49,114 nt of DNA from the IMG/VR virus record IMGVR_UViG_2513237200_000008; one strand, written 5' to 3'. This DNA comes from a virus. Lineage: Duplodnaviria > Heunggongvirae > Uroviricota > Caudoviricetes. Shown piece by piece: positions 29,295 through 38,301 of this stretch. The notes beneath the pieces were generated by a model. The model saw only the letters and a list, made by a program, of their open reading frames with translations. It was not told the DNA's origin and ran no database searches. A program made the translations under genes and the position numbers. The first letter of the stretch is position 1. Every line of letters starts with the position of its first letter.

Positions 29295-29477
29295 TCAGTT
29301 CTGCATACACTGCCGAACACCGTCGACAACTTCACAGACCTGAGAAGCTGTATCGAAAAGCTGGCGCGCCTTATCCAGACTGACGCATCCCACCAGAAAA
29401 AAAGGCACCAGTATCGCTACCAGTGCCCATTTCGCCGCCGTTCGCGGCATTCTGTGTGTCCAATGTTTTCTGCTCAT
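29295..29477 (-). CDS. Putative spanin / lipoprotein (Rz1-like); start placed at internal Met
   Basis: Signal peptide with lipobox-like LVGC; directly downstream of the endolysin. Confidence 0.4.
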   Translation of the reverse strand: MSRKHWTHRMPRTAAKWALVAILVPFFLVGCVSLDKARQLFDTASQVCEVVDGVRQCMQN

Positions 29478-29491
29478 AACACACCTGGTTA

Positions 29492-29875
29492 TCAGCGTTT
29501 CAACTGAAAGTGAGGCCCGTCTTTCAGTGTTTTCCAGTCCCCGCCCCATTCGATGGCAGTTCCCAGCTCTGCGGCAGCCTGCTTAAATGCCTGCGCGATT
29601 TTCTCGTACAGAGGCCAGTCCCATGACACCTGGCTGCCAACCCAGGCAACAACATCCACCGCATCACCGGTCAGGTGGCGGCTGTTCATGGTCTGGCTTT
29701 TCCCTTCCGCGACCAGCTGTTTCTGGCGTTCTTTCGTGCGCAGCCCTTCCGTAATACCGAAATCAACCTCCGTCAGCGCCAGCGCACGGCGAACGACAGC
29801 AACCAGCTGTGGTTTAACGCCCTCCAGATTCTTTTCGCTGCGACGACTAAATCTGAATTTACCCGACATATTCAC
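29492..29875 (-). CDS. Endolysin, peptidase M15 family (L-alanyl-D-glutamate peptidase type)
   Basis: 127 aa; sequence character of the M15 family; position in the lysis cassette. Confidence 0.7.
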   Translation of the reverse strand: MNMSGKFRFSRRSEKNLEGVKPQLVAVVRRALALTEVDFGITEGLRTKERQKQLVAEGKSQTMNSRHLTGDAVDVVAWVGSQVSWDWPLYEKIAQAFKQAAAELGTAIEWGGDWKTLKDGPHFQLKR

Positions 29876-30201
29876 CTCAACAATGGAAAGATTTTTGTGA
29901 CGTTCCCGCGTGCGCGTATCACCAGCACGCAGAGCAGCAAGTTAAAAAACACTTCCAGCCAGCCCGTTGCTAACGGGCGACCACACAGATAGCTGAGGGG
30001 CGCAAAGGCATACAGCAGCATCAGCAGCCAGGCCAGCCATGACATCAGCGGTTTATGTCTGGAATCACGGCGACGATAAAAAAAGAGCGTCAGCACGATA
30101 ACCGTGCATAACGCCACATTCAGTAATCCGGGAAGGTTACTTAACATTGCCGCCTCCTCCACCCCGCAGGCGGGAGAACAGGCCGGACACCAGCGATGCA
30201 A
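29872..30201 (-). CDS. Lysis-cassette membrane protein (holin/antiholin-like)
   Basis: Hydrophobic ORF between holin and endolysin; start uncertain. Confidence 0.4.
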   Translation of the reverse strand: MHRWCPACSPACGVEEAAMLSNLPGLLNVALCTVIVLTLFFYRRRDSRHKPLMSWLAWLLMLLYAFAPLSYLCGRPLATGWLEVFFNLLLCVLVIRARGNVTKIFPLLR

Positions 30202-30529
30202 TATCCTGCTGGTGGATGAACGAGAGAATCTTCACCGACACCACTGACACCAGTACTGCACACAATGCGTCGACAGGTGCACCGTCAAACTCTGTATGCT
30301 TTACCAGCCAGGATGCCAGAACCTCTGCGCCCAGCACGCCGATAATGAACGACACCAGAAAATGCGCCGCCACACGCCAGGCTGAAAGCGCCTGTGGCAT
30401 CGTTGCCACAAATAACGCCCCGGCGAACGCACCAAACACAATCCCGAAATCCGTTCCGGTAAACAGCCCGAATACCGTCGCCCCGCCGAGCGCCACAGCC
30501 GTGCCGGAACCGGATAAGGGTTCAGACAT
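30137..30529 (-). CDS. Holin; start placed at internal Met (MSEPLSG) with AGGAGA RBS
   Basis: Gly/Ala-rich transmembrane segments; first gene of the lysis cassette. Confidence 0.5.
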   Translation of the reverse strand: MSEPLSGSGTAVALGGATVFGLFTGTDFGIVFGAFAGALFVATMPQALSAWRVAAHFLVSFIIGVLGAEVLASWLVKHTEFDGAPVDALCAVLVSVVSVKILSFIHQQDIASLVSGLFSRLRGGGGGNVK

Positions 30530-30768
30530 ACTTTTTTCTCCTGTAAATAAAAAAGGGCCACCAGCGGCCCGTAAAAAACACCCCGTCAAAAGCACCGGCA
30601 TCCGCAGATGCCCTTTGTGTGGCGTTATTTGATGCGCACCAGATGTGGCACAAAGAAATGAAATAAGACTTATCGGAAATTAAGGTTAATTTGAGGATTT
30701 AAACCACTTCTGAAGCTTAGTAGTATGAACATGTCCCCGGAAGGGGGCCAATACTTATTATTCTTCAT

Positions 30769-30882
30769 GGACTTTGTCCCGCGGTCTTAATCCGACGACC
30801 GCGCTACTTTTTCACCCTCTCGCAAATTGCTATCTAAAGGACTTTGTCCCACGAGTATTCCAGGATGCTCGTGTCTTTTTTT
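30769..30882 (+). repeat. Two tandem modules of GGACTTTGTCCC + hairpin + T-run (about 70-bp period)
   Basis: Read directly: GGACTTTGTCCC at 30769-30780 and 30839-30850; hairpins CGCGGTC/GACCGCG and CACGAG/CTCGTG; T-runs at 30808-30812 and 30876-30882. Confidence 0.5.
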
Positions 30883-30898
30883 GTCCTGAGGAAGGAAT

Positions 30899-30923
30899 AA
30901 AAAAAACCGCCAGATATGGCGGT
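30899..30923 (-). terminator. Intrinsic terminator (ACCGCCA-GATA-TGGCGGT hairpin followed by T8 on the minus strand)
   Basis: Read directly from sequence. Confidence 0.5.
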
Positions 30924-31281
30924 TGGTCAATGCATGAGATAAATCATTTTATTGTAATAAGAATCGAGGTGTCGGGTGCCTCCCGAAATATCCATCTCTA
31001 CAACAGATATTGTGATTCCCCGCTAAACCACTATCTAAACCACCCTCGCACTGAGGAACACCTCTGCGGTGCTTTTACAACACCAGAATGATGCATCACC
31101 GACCCTGCCAGGAAATACAAAATCTCCACCGATAATGCACCATTCTGCTGCCGTAAAAAAATTAGCACTGTGACTACAACCGACCTCCAATCATAGTCAG
31201 AGAACGGATTGTCTTTTTAAAACAACCCACCCACGTAATAAAAAATACGCCAGTGCCACGATACAATAAGGCTTGTTTCTC

Positions 31282-31356
<75 letters not shown>

Positions 31357-31359
31357 ATA

Positions 31360-31435
<76 letters not shown>

Positions 31436-31669
31436 ATTGGTTCTTCAGGGGAGCGATATCACCGAGCAAAGAAGAGTTCCCCCTCAGAACCGTTTTCGAT
31501 GATACGATTTAATATTCCAATCGCAACAACACTTTGCGTCAAGTTATGTAAATTTATTTATATGTTTTTATTTTATGTGAATAATTCACTTTCACTTAAA
31601 ATATACATGACAATATATAAACAAATTTATTTTGAAGGAGATTATTAAATGTCGTTTCTTATATAACAC

Positions 31670-31703
31670 CGCAGAAACAACAAAACCCGCTCGATGGCGG
31701 GTT
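31670..31703 (-). terminator. Candidate tR'-like terminator downstream of Q (AACCCGC-TCGATG-GCGGGTT hairpin plus T-rich tail)
   Basis: Read directly; about 100 nt downstream of the Q stop. Confidence 0.35.
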
Positions 31704-31799
31704 CTATTAAAGTTCAATTGCGCTTGATTCGCCTCGCGATACAGCTTTGCGAAGCGTACCAAAATTGAAGCAGTTTGTGGCTCATTTTGCAATGATTTT

Positions 31800-32336
31800 T
31801 TAAGCATAATCGAACGCTTCTCTCATAGGTGAATACAAAATGAACTCAGCAACACGCAACCACTGCTCAACACGACGTCGGCATGTAATCAACGCCCACT
31901 CTGGGTACTGTTCGTTTAATAACTCTGCCATCCTTCTCTTACTCATCCCTCGCCCCACATAACGCTGACTCAGGACATTTAGTAGTCCTGGATGATCCGC
32001 CAGAACTTCACCTATAACACTATCAATTTTTAGTGCCTCTGCATCAGTGCAGTGAGTTAACCAGCTTTTTTGCTTTCCTTCGATCATCTCACGCAAAAAT
32101 GCTTCCAACTCTGGTTTATCAATTCCCGCTTTTTTCAATCTGCGCAGGGCTTCATTGATGGCTGTTTTTGTCATTTTTTGGGATGCCAGCAACTGGTTAA
32201 ACATATTCCCTGACCTGCCGCCGCCAATATACGACCAGCGCCCCCACATACGTAGTTTTCCCTGAATCCAGACACTTTCCAGCGTGGTGAGACGAAGGTG
32301 TTCTCCGCTTTTTCCTGTATTCGTTGGGTAAATCAT
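31800..32336 (-). CDS. Late gene antiterminator Q
   Basis: Sequence character of lambdoid Q-family antiterminators; positioned upstream of tRNAs and the lysis cassette. Confidence 0.65.
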   Translation of the reverse strand: MIYPTNTGKSGEHLRLTTLESVWIQGKLRMWGRWSYIGGGRSGNMFNQLLASQKMTKTAINEALRRLKKAGIDKPELEAFLREMIEGKQKSWLTHCTDAEALKIDSVIGEVLADHPGLLNVLSQRYVGRGMSKRRMAELLNEQYPEWALITCRRRVEQWLRVAEFILYSPMREAFDYA

Positions 32337-32623
32337 AAATATCCCTCCTTTCTCCAGATTTCTTGTGTGCGAAAAACACCTTCTGCATGCATCAGGCGTA
32401 ATTCTTCTTTGGTGTAATCGCTGGTTTTTACCCGCCCGTCGATTAAATCGTGGCACGAGCTACAGGCAATCGCTGCCTGCATATCGTGTGGCTTTATCGC
32501 TGTTCCGCACGTTCCCGCCAGTCGGTAATGCGCCAGCACAGACGTTTCCGGATCGTGATTGCAGTAGCCAGGAATTCTGACGGTGCACATCTGCCCCCGC
32601 GTCGCTTTACGTAAGTCCACCAT
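32333..32623 (-). CDS. YbcO-like Cys-rich nin-region protein (DUF1364-like)
   Basis: 96 aa with four Cys in a CxxC ... CxxC-like arrangement; ATGA overlap with Q. Confidence 0.5.
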   Translation of the reverse strand: MVDLRKATRGQMCTVRIPGYCNHDPETSVLAHYRLAGTCGTAIKPHDMQAAIACSSCHDLIDGRVKTSDYTKEELRLMHAEGVFRTQEIWRKEGYL

Positions 32624-33222
32624 TACGCAAACTCCAGCAGCTGCGCGGCCACATTTTCGACTTGTTCCGGAGAGGAAAATTTACGGAACAGAATCCAGTT
32701 CCACAGCACATTCAGTACAGATTTATAAACCTGCTGAAACACGGTTTCGTCCATATTCGCAAACGCGATAGATTTCGCCCGACGCCCACGGCTACCATCA
32801 GGATAAAGATGCTCGGTGTAAAATCCGGCCTGAATGGTTACCCACTCGCGGAAAGCCTCAAACGACTTTAGCAATGCCGTATCCCGGGTTCTGCGTGTCG
32901 CAACTGTATTTAGATATTGCTCTGCGGCATCACTCAGGGCTGGTGTGTGTTCCCGACCAACTGATTCGCACAGGTAATCCACGAAACCAGACAGCAGTTC
33001 TCGTTCGCGAGGCGTGATCGCCCCACCGACCGGAGTCCAGTAATCGAATCCCAGTTGCAGAAGTTTGAAAAAACGCTTGTGGAATGCGTAGTTACGCACA
33101 CGCTTAAAGTCTGCGTGTATCCACTCACCTATTTTGATTTGATGCAGAAAATCGCAACTCTCCGGCGTCGCCGGGAGAAGTAAACCAGAAGAGGTTTGTT
33201 TGACCAGTTGTATATGCGCCAT
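32623..33222 (-). CDS. Nin-region protein (DUF1367-like)
   Basis: 199-aa ORF translationally coupled to the downstream gene. Confidence 0.45.
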   Translation of the reverse strand: MAHIQLVKQTSSGLLLPATPESCDFLHQIKIGEWIHADFKRVRNYAFHKRFFKLLQLGFDYWTPVGGAITPRERELLSGFVDYLCESVGREHTPALSDAAEQYLNTVATRRTRDTALLKSFEAFREWVTIQAGFYTEHLYPDGSRGRRAKSIAFANMDETVFQQVYKSVLNVLWNWILFRKFSSPEQVENVAAQLLEFA

Positions 33223-33495
33223 TTCTCAATCTCTCGATGGCGCAGTGCAGCAGATGCCAGTTGTTCAGGCTGACGTATAAAGTATAAATAAACTGATTCC
33301 AGTGTAAAGCCCTCACATTGATGGAATAAAAACCAAACAACAGATTGCTGGGATAAAAACAACGCTTATTATTAAAAGCGGTTAAACAAATTAAATTTTA
33401 ATGTTATGCAAATCTGCCAGATCACCATAATATCTCATTTGAAAACCGTTGAAATAACAACCCTATCAGGATTAATCATATTAAGGTGAGTAAAT

Positions 33496-33582
33496 ATGGA
33501 AAACAACAAATCTGCACATTACGTTCCTTTTTTATCTGTAATACTTTTTGTTTTATGCTGTGCGTGGGCATTATTTTTATAA
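33496..33582 (+). CDS. Small hydrophobic peptide (28 aa, MENNKSAHYVPFLSVILFVLCCAWALFL)
   Basis: Found by manual translation; AAGGTGAG RBS. Confidence 0.2.
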   Translation: MENNKSAHYVPFLSVILFVLCCAWALFL

Positions 33583-33690
33583 AAATATTCACAGATAAAA
33601 TATACCCGCCGAAGCGGGTTAAGTGCGGGTGCGTTGAGGATGCCTGACACATCAGAGGTGGCGGGAGATTACTCTCCCGCCTGGTCACTC

Positions 33691-33846
33691 TTACTCTCTA
33701 GATTCGTAGTCTACGAAGACAGCGACCTCCGTCTGGCCGGTTCGGATTCGTACCTCGCAGAGGTCTTTCCTCGTTACCAGTGCCGTCACAATGACGGTTA
33801 AACAGATGACGATCAGGGCGATTAACATCGCCTTTTGCTGCTTCAT
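33691..33846 (-). CDS. hok: Hok-family type I toxin (HokD/RelF-like)
   Basis: 51 aa MKQQKAMLIALIVICLTVIVTALVTRKDLCEVRIRTGQTEVAVF..., near-identical to Hok/Gef family sequences from memory. Confidence 0.8.
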   Translation of the reverse strand: MKQQKAMLIALIVICLTVIVTALVTRKDLCEVRIRTGQTEVAVFVDYESRE

Positions 33847-33901
33847 AGCCTGCTTCTCCTTGCCTTTCGGCACATAAGAGGCTAATCTCTATGTGTCGCA
33901 T
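33698..33901 (-). CDS. mok: mok-like overlapping reading frame (modulation of killing)
   Basis: 67-aa ORF overlapping hok in another frame and starting upstream, as in hok/mok/sok loci. Confidence 0.45.
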   Translation of the reverse strand: MRHIEISLLCAERQGEAGYEAAKGDVNRPDRHLFNRHCDGTGNEERPLRGTNPNRPDGGRCLRRLRI

Positions 33902-33930
33902 AGATATGGCCTCAGATTAATGTTAAGCGT
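33850..33930 (+). ncRNA. sok: Expected position of Sok-like antisense RNA (boundaries not determined)
   Basis: Inferred from canonical hok/mok/sok organisation only; no promoter or terminator mapped. Confidence 0.25.
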
Positions 33931-34056
33931 CTTGCCGGACGCGTAATGTTAACTGGGGCTTTTCTCTATCTGCCTTTTGGTGTTCATGCCTGAGACAGAT
34001 AGCCTCAAGCACCCGCAGCAATTCTACTTAACCCCCGTCACCTCGCCAATATAAAA

Positions 34057-34146
34057 TCAATCAGAAAGGCGATCCATAAGAACAACAGCAAGACAATAAA
34101 TTGCCATTACAGCCGCAATAGCTAGCGCACATTTGAGAACCAGCAC
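34057..34146 (-). CDS. Small hydrophobic ORF (29 aa, GTG start; VLVLKCALAIAAVMAIYCLAVVLMDRLSD)
   Basis: AGGAGG Shine-Dalgarno 5 nt upstream of GTG; found by manual translation. Confidence 0.25.
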   Translation of the reverse strand: MLVLKCALAIAAVMAIYCLAVVLMDRLSD

Positions 34147-34476
34147 GACAACCTCCTGTATTGGACGTACACCAGTCCTGATAAATATGAGGATGTCTCG
34201 TCAGTGATTCAATGCAACTATTGGGTATAGTTTCTGTGATTTTGTTCTGTAGAAATGGAACACAACAACCAGTCACCATCCGCTCTTCTTTAAATGCGCT
34301 AAGTCAGACACAAGCCAACATTTTAGTTGGCTTTGAGCGTTCTGGAGATGCGACATTGCTAACAGCCTTTTGAATGAACTAATCGGGGGCTAGTCATAAC
34401 GGGCATAGCAGTCTCCAAGTAAGCAAGACTTTGCCATACAGAATGGAGCTAAGTTATTCATCAAATCTCCTTAAAT

Positions 34477-35454
34477 TCATAAAGTTAAATGCGGCCCTAA
34501 ATACGCCACATATATCCGCTGATTTACTGCGTCAGCATAAAAATGTAGGCGGTAACCGTCAGGTAGTTTTACATGATTCTCGCAATAGACCTGCCGTCCA
34601 TCATCTAACCAAAATATGCGCTCTTTCTTCTTTTTGGAGGCATTATTTACACTGTCCGATTCACCGCTAACTTCAGCAGCCAAACCCAAATCTCTTAAAT
34701 ATTCATGACGGTACTCTACATACTCACCTGAACGCCATTTCTCACTAAACGATTCCAACACATTTAGCGCATCTCGTGCCTTGAACAAGACATTTTGCCT
34801 AGCAGACCAACCTTGTAGACTTGTACCTATTTGATTTGACAACAAAGTGAGATGAGGAAACAAATCTGCTCTTTTCAGCCAGATATCCTTAGCAGTACTT
34901 AACAACGTATTACGATGTTGTTTGAGTTCATCTCCATGCACATCCAAGCTCGCAGAATTACTCAGATTTAAAATCGTTTCATCCCTTTGTTCTGGTATTG
35001 CATCAAGCTCGAAAACCCATACTTTAAAATGGCTATTTGTCCAAGTAGCTAAAGCCGTAAAACTAGCAAGAAAAGTTTTAAAATAAAACGCTGCTAATAG
35101 CACCGCTTTACCTGTATCTTCCCCTGGCAAGCCAACTTCTAATACATCACCTAAAGTTTCAATATCCACGGTTTCAAAGAGAGGCTGTTTCGTTTCAAGA
35201 GACTTTAGAAATCGACACCAATCCGCAAGTTCTGCAACTTTGCTCGCAGAGGCAAGCCAATTGCGCACAAAATATCCGTTAGCCAGCTCCAATCCCATTA
35301 GCGACTTGTCTTGATCTTCATCGATGAGCAAAATTTTCAGCCCAGCAGTTCGGCAGACCTTAAGAACAGTAAAGAAAGCCAATAGTCCTTCATCTGCATC
35401 CTCTTTGCTAGCAAATGGCAAAGAATGATGGTTCAACACAATTCCATTACTCAT
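34477..35454 (-). CDS. Third gene of candidate defense operon: 325-aa protein with no motif I recognise
   Basis: ATGA start/stop overlap with the upstream ATPase gene; AT-rich. Confidence 0.6.
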   Translation of the reverse strand: MSNGIVLNHHSLPFASKEDADEGLLAFFTVLKVCRTAGLKILLIDEDQDKSLMGLELANGYFVRNWLASASKVAELADWCRFLKSLETKQPLFETVDIETLGDVLEVGLPGEDTGKAVLLAAFYFKTFLASFTALATWTNSHFKVWVFELDAIPEQRDETILNLSNSASLDVHGDELKQHRNTLLSTAKDIWLKRADLFPHLTLLSNQIGTSLQGWSARQNVLFKARDALNVLESFSEKWRSGEYVEYRHEYLRDLGLAAEVSGESDSVNNASKKKKERIFWLDDGRQVYCENHVKLPDGYRLHFYADAVNQRIYVAYLGPHLTL

Positions 35455-36560
35455 AACAGATGATCCAACTCCTTATCCCATTGGTCAAAGAAGCCTTCCG
35501 GCCAACAGTCTATTCGTCCCTCATCATCAATATTGGGGTACATGACTTCTGAGGCGTGAATGGAGTTATGAACATCTCGCTGTAAGAAAAAGACTTTGAC
35601 ATCGTCAGCTGCAACCACTTTCTGCTTCACCGCAACCCGTATACCGTTGAGAAAATGATCAGAATGAGATTCAACGATTAATTGCACGCCATTATTCGCA
35701 GCAATGGAGCACAATTTACCCATCAAGGATTGCCCAGCGGGATGCAAGTGTGATTCTGGGTTTTCAATAATCAGCAAATCACCTTTTGCCGCACTTAGTA
35801 TACTGGTTACGACAGGTAACACATAACTTAATCCAAACCCCACATTCTGTGGTTTAAAGTCTTCGGTGGTGTCTTTCCCTTGGTTAAAAGAGTAACTAAG
35901 ACTCACCGAATTAAACTGAGGCTGCGCTACTGCTTTAATTTTTAACCCTGGCGTAATATCCGACATCCATGCTTCAATATTAGAAAGCAAAGTCCCTGAA
36001 ACAGCCTTTTGATGGCGTAACGCTTCTATTTCCAGGTCTTTAGCGCCATTAACCGCGATAAAATGAACTGCAAATTCGCCATGATGACCAAGTGATTTTA
36101 AATCACGGATATGAAACTCAGACAACTGGTGATGGCTTTGTGGGCCTAACCTATCGGCACATAAATACTGAAAATTAGAGTTAAATAAGCTTAATAATTC
36201 TGAATCACCGTCAATACCAGATTTACGCAGCGGCAGCAGATCTGAGTCATGTTGATAATCAAACTCAAACCGTGTTGGCTGTTCTTTCTCGAGCCATTTA
36301 ATGGTAAAAATAATCTCTTCTTGTTCACTAAAACTAGAGAGCGCGTCTTTACCCGTACCGATATTGACATAATCACCATTTAACAGCAAACCCTTAGTTT
36401 TAAGGGTATTGCGTTCATAAGACTGCCTTAAAAGCAATAAACTTTGCACAAGCGTTGATTTTCCCATGCCATTAAGGCCTGAGAACAGATTCAGATTACC
36501 CAGTGGAAAACTGGCATTTAACAAGGTTTTAAAGTTTTGAATATTAATAAACTCAATCAT
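35451..36560 (-). CDS. ABC-type AAA ATPase (AAA_15/AAA_21-like with DUF3696-like C-terminus)
   Basis: Walker A GLNGMGKST near the N-terminus; LLIIENPESHLHP; C-terminal ESHSDHFLNGIRVAV; 8-nt overlap with the upstream gene. Confidence 0.7.
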   Translation of the reverse strand: MIEFINIQNFKTLLNASFPLGNLNLFSGLNGMGKSTLVQSLLLLRQSYERNTLKTKGLLLNGDYVNIGTGKDALSSFSEQEEIIFTIKWLEKEQPTRFEFDYQHDSDLLPLRKSGIDGDSELLSLFNSNFQYLCADRLGPQSHHQLSEFHIRDLKSLGHHGEFAVHFIAVNGAKDLEIEALRHQKAVSGTLLSNIEAWMSDITPGLKIKAVAQPQFNSVSLSYSFNQGKDTTEDFKPQNVGFGLSYVLPVVTSILSAAKGDLLIIENPESHLHPAGQSLMGKLCSIAANNGVQLIVESHSDHFLNGIRVAVKQKVVAADDVKVFFLQRDVHNSIHASEVMYPNIDDEGRIDCWPEGFFDQWDKELDHLL

Positions 36561-37680
36561 TAAGCATCTCTTTAATCAAAGCATTGACTTTTTCATACCG
36601 TATTTCCACATGCTCTTTTCGCTGAGTGGAGTAGCTAATAACATTAATAAATTCAGCATCTTCCAATAACGTCTGCACCTTTTTTTGAAACTTTTTTTGA
36701 TTATAAACCAAGCGGTTAAACTCGTTTTCAGTTAATTTCACCAACATAACCATCCAGACTTCAAATAGTGTTGCATTTTTTGACCGTCTTCTTGATGCAG
36801 GGTTTTTTTCAAAACCCTTTTCTCCTAACAGTTGGTAACAGCGCTCTATTGCAGTTGAATACTTAGCTTTAAACTCTGCACGGTAGGCATCATCACCTTT
36901 TTTGATATCTTCCATGGCTTTATCTAAAAACGAAGAGATTTCTTTTTTGTTTTTAGGGTCTAAATAATCAAAGCGATAGAACGCCCAGAATCGCAATACC
37001 AGTTCCTGATCCTTCATACGTTTGGAAAGGTCACCTAGCATGGCTTTCGAGCATGCTGAATTGGCTAACTCTTCGAGCAATTCTCTGTCTCTTGGCTTAG
37101 CGAGCGCATTACGGATCTCTTGATTATTTAGAGTTAAGCCACCTGTATTGATCCGGCGAAACACCGAATACTTAACGTCCTCAGGCGTACCCGGCTTAAT
37201 CATGTACACAGTAACAGGACATTCTTCAATACGGCGTTGATATTGACGATGTAATTTATCGAAGGTTTTACCATTAAGGTCTGTTAAGAACTCCAGTCCA
37301 TTGAGACGAAGCTTTTTATCTAACACAAACTTGCGAATCGTAGATAACCGCTGCAAGCCATCCACAATTAGCCAATTATTTTCATCGGACGCATCGAAGT
37401 AGAAAGCAGGTAATGGGAACCGAATCAAAATTGATTCGATTAATCGGCTCATCTTGCGGTTATCCCATAACTCCGCATGGCGCTGAAAATCGGTATTCAT
37501 GTCGATCTCATTGTGCTGAATTCGCTTAATCAAGGCATCCAACGACTTCGGTTCAACGACGATATCAATATCAGTCGGGTTGAACGGGTGCATCACCTCA
37601 TCAAGCAGTTCCGGCTCTTCCTCTTCCGCACCTGGCGCAACCAACTCTTCATCAAGCTCGGTTTCTTGATAATCAACCAT
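36553..37680 (-). CDS. DUF262-like (ParB/GmrSD N-terminal-like) domain protein, first gene of candidate defense operon
   Basis: DGxQR-type motif in LIVDGLQRLSTI; acidic N-terminus; AT-rich. Confidence 0.65.
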   Translation of the reverse strand: MVDYQETELDEELVAPGAEEEEPELLDEVMHPFNPTDIDIVVEPKSLDALIKRIQHNEIDMNTDFQRHAELWDNRKMSRLIESILIRFPLPAFYFDASDENNWLIVDGLQRLSTIRKFVLDKKLRLNGLEFLTDLNGKTFDKLHRQYQRRIEECPVTVYMIKPGTPEDVKYSVFRRINTGGLTLNNQEIRNALAKPRDRELLEELANSACSKAMLGDLSKRMKDQELVLRFWAFYRFDYLDPKNKKEISSFLDKAMEDIKKGDDAYRAEFKAKYSTAIERCYQLLGEKGFEKNPASRRRSKNATLFEVWMVMLVKLTENEFNRLVYNQKKFQKKVQTLLEDAEFINVISYSTQRKEHVEIRYEKVNALIKEMLND

Positions 37681-37863
37681 GTTCTTCCCCTTTTATTAAT
37701 CGTGTCTTACCTGTAAGCAACTCTTGTATCATACCTTGTTTGATTTGGCGGATTCTACCTAGCGGCTACCGCTTTTGGCACAAAACAGACAATCACGCTA
37801 GCTCTGCTCTGTCCGTGCCATGAAAATGGCAATTTATATCTGAGCTAATGCTCTTTAATCTCG

Positions 37864-38301
37864 TCACTTCAATAAATACCGAACATCTCCCTGATAAAAC
37901 GACAATATGCGCTGCATAACTTCGCTTTTACGGCACTCGCGACAGATTATGTTCAGACGCCTGTCGTAGCGGCGTATTTCTCCGTCTGGTAATGACCAGA
38001 TAAGGTCCGGATCAACCACAGATGGTTTCTTCACCTTTGCCCTAGATAGTTTTTTGCGGGCATTTTGCCAGTCCTTACGAGCCTGTTCAGACGGGAATAA
38101 CCCGTAACCAGAGTTGTATACATCGCCACTGGCAACCAGCTCTCTGGCGAGAACGCTCATCAGATATCTTGTCGCACCTGTCTTGGCTTCCAGTTGCCGT
38201 AACGTCTCTCGCCCACTCCGGCGTACTAGTTCAACAACCTGCCCTTTAATTTTTTCCCGCTCTTCTTGTGTAAATACTTTTGCCATAAGCGCCTCCGGCA
38301 A
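37864..38301 (-). CDS. Hypothetical phage protein (basic, possibly DNA-binding)
   Basis: 145-aa ORF downstream of replication genes. Confidence 0.45.
   Translation of the reverse strand: MPEALMAKVFTQEEREKIKGQVVELVRRSGRETLRQLEAKTGATRYLMSVLARELVASGDVYNSGYGLFPSEQARKDWQNARKKLSRAKVKKPSVVDPDLIWSLPDGEIRRYDRRLNIICRECRKSEVMQRILSFYQGDVRYLLK

Noticed and set aside
30147-30632. 161-aa + strand ORF over the holin region
   Set aside because: Antisense to the lysis cassette; Pro/Ala/Ser-rich low-complexity translation
34061-34279. 72-aa Cys-rich minus-strand ORF
   Set aside because: No RBS, unusual composition; the overlapping 29-aa ORF with an AGGAGG RBS is the more plausible coding frame
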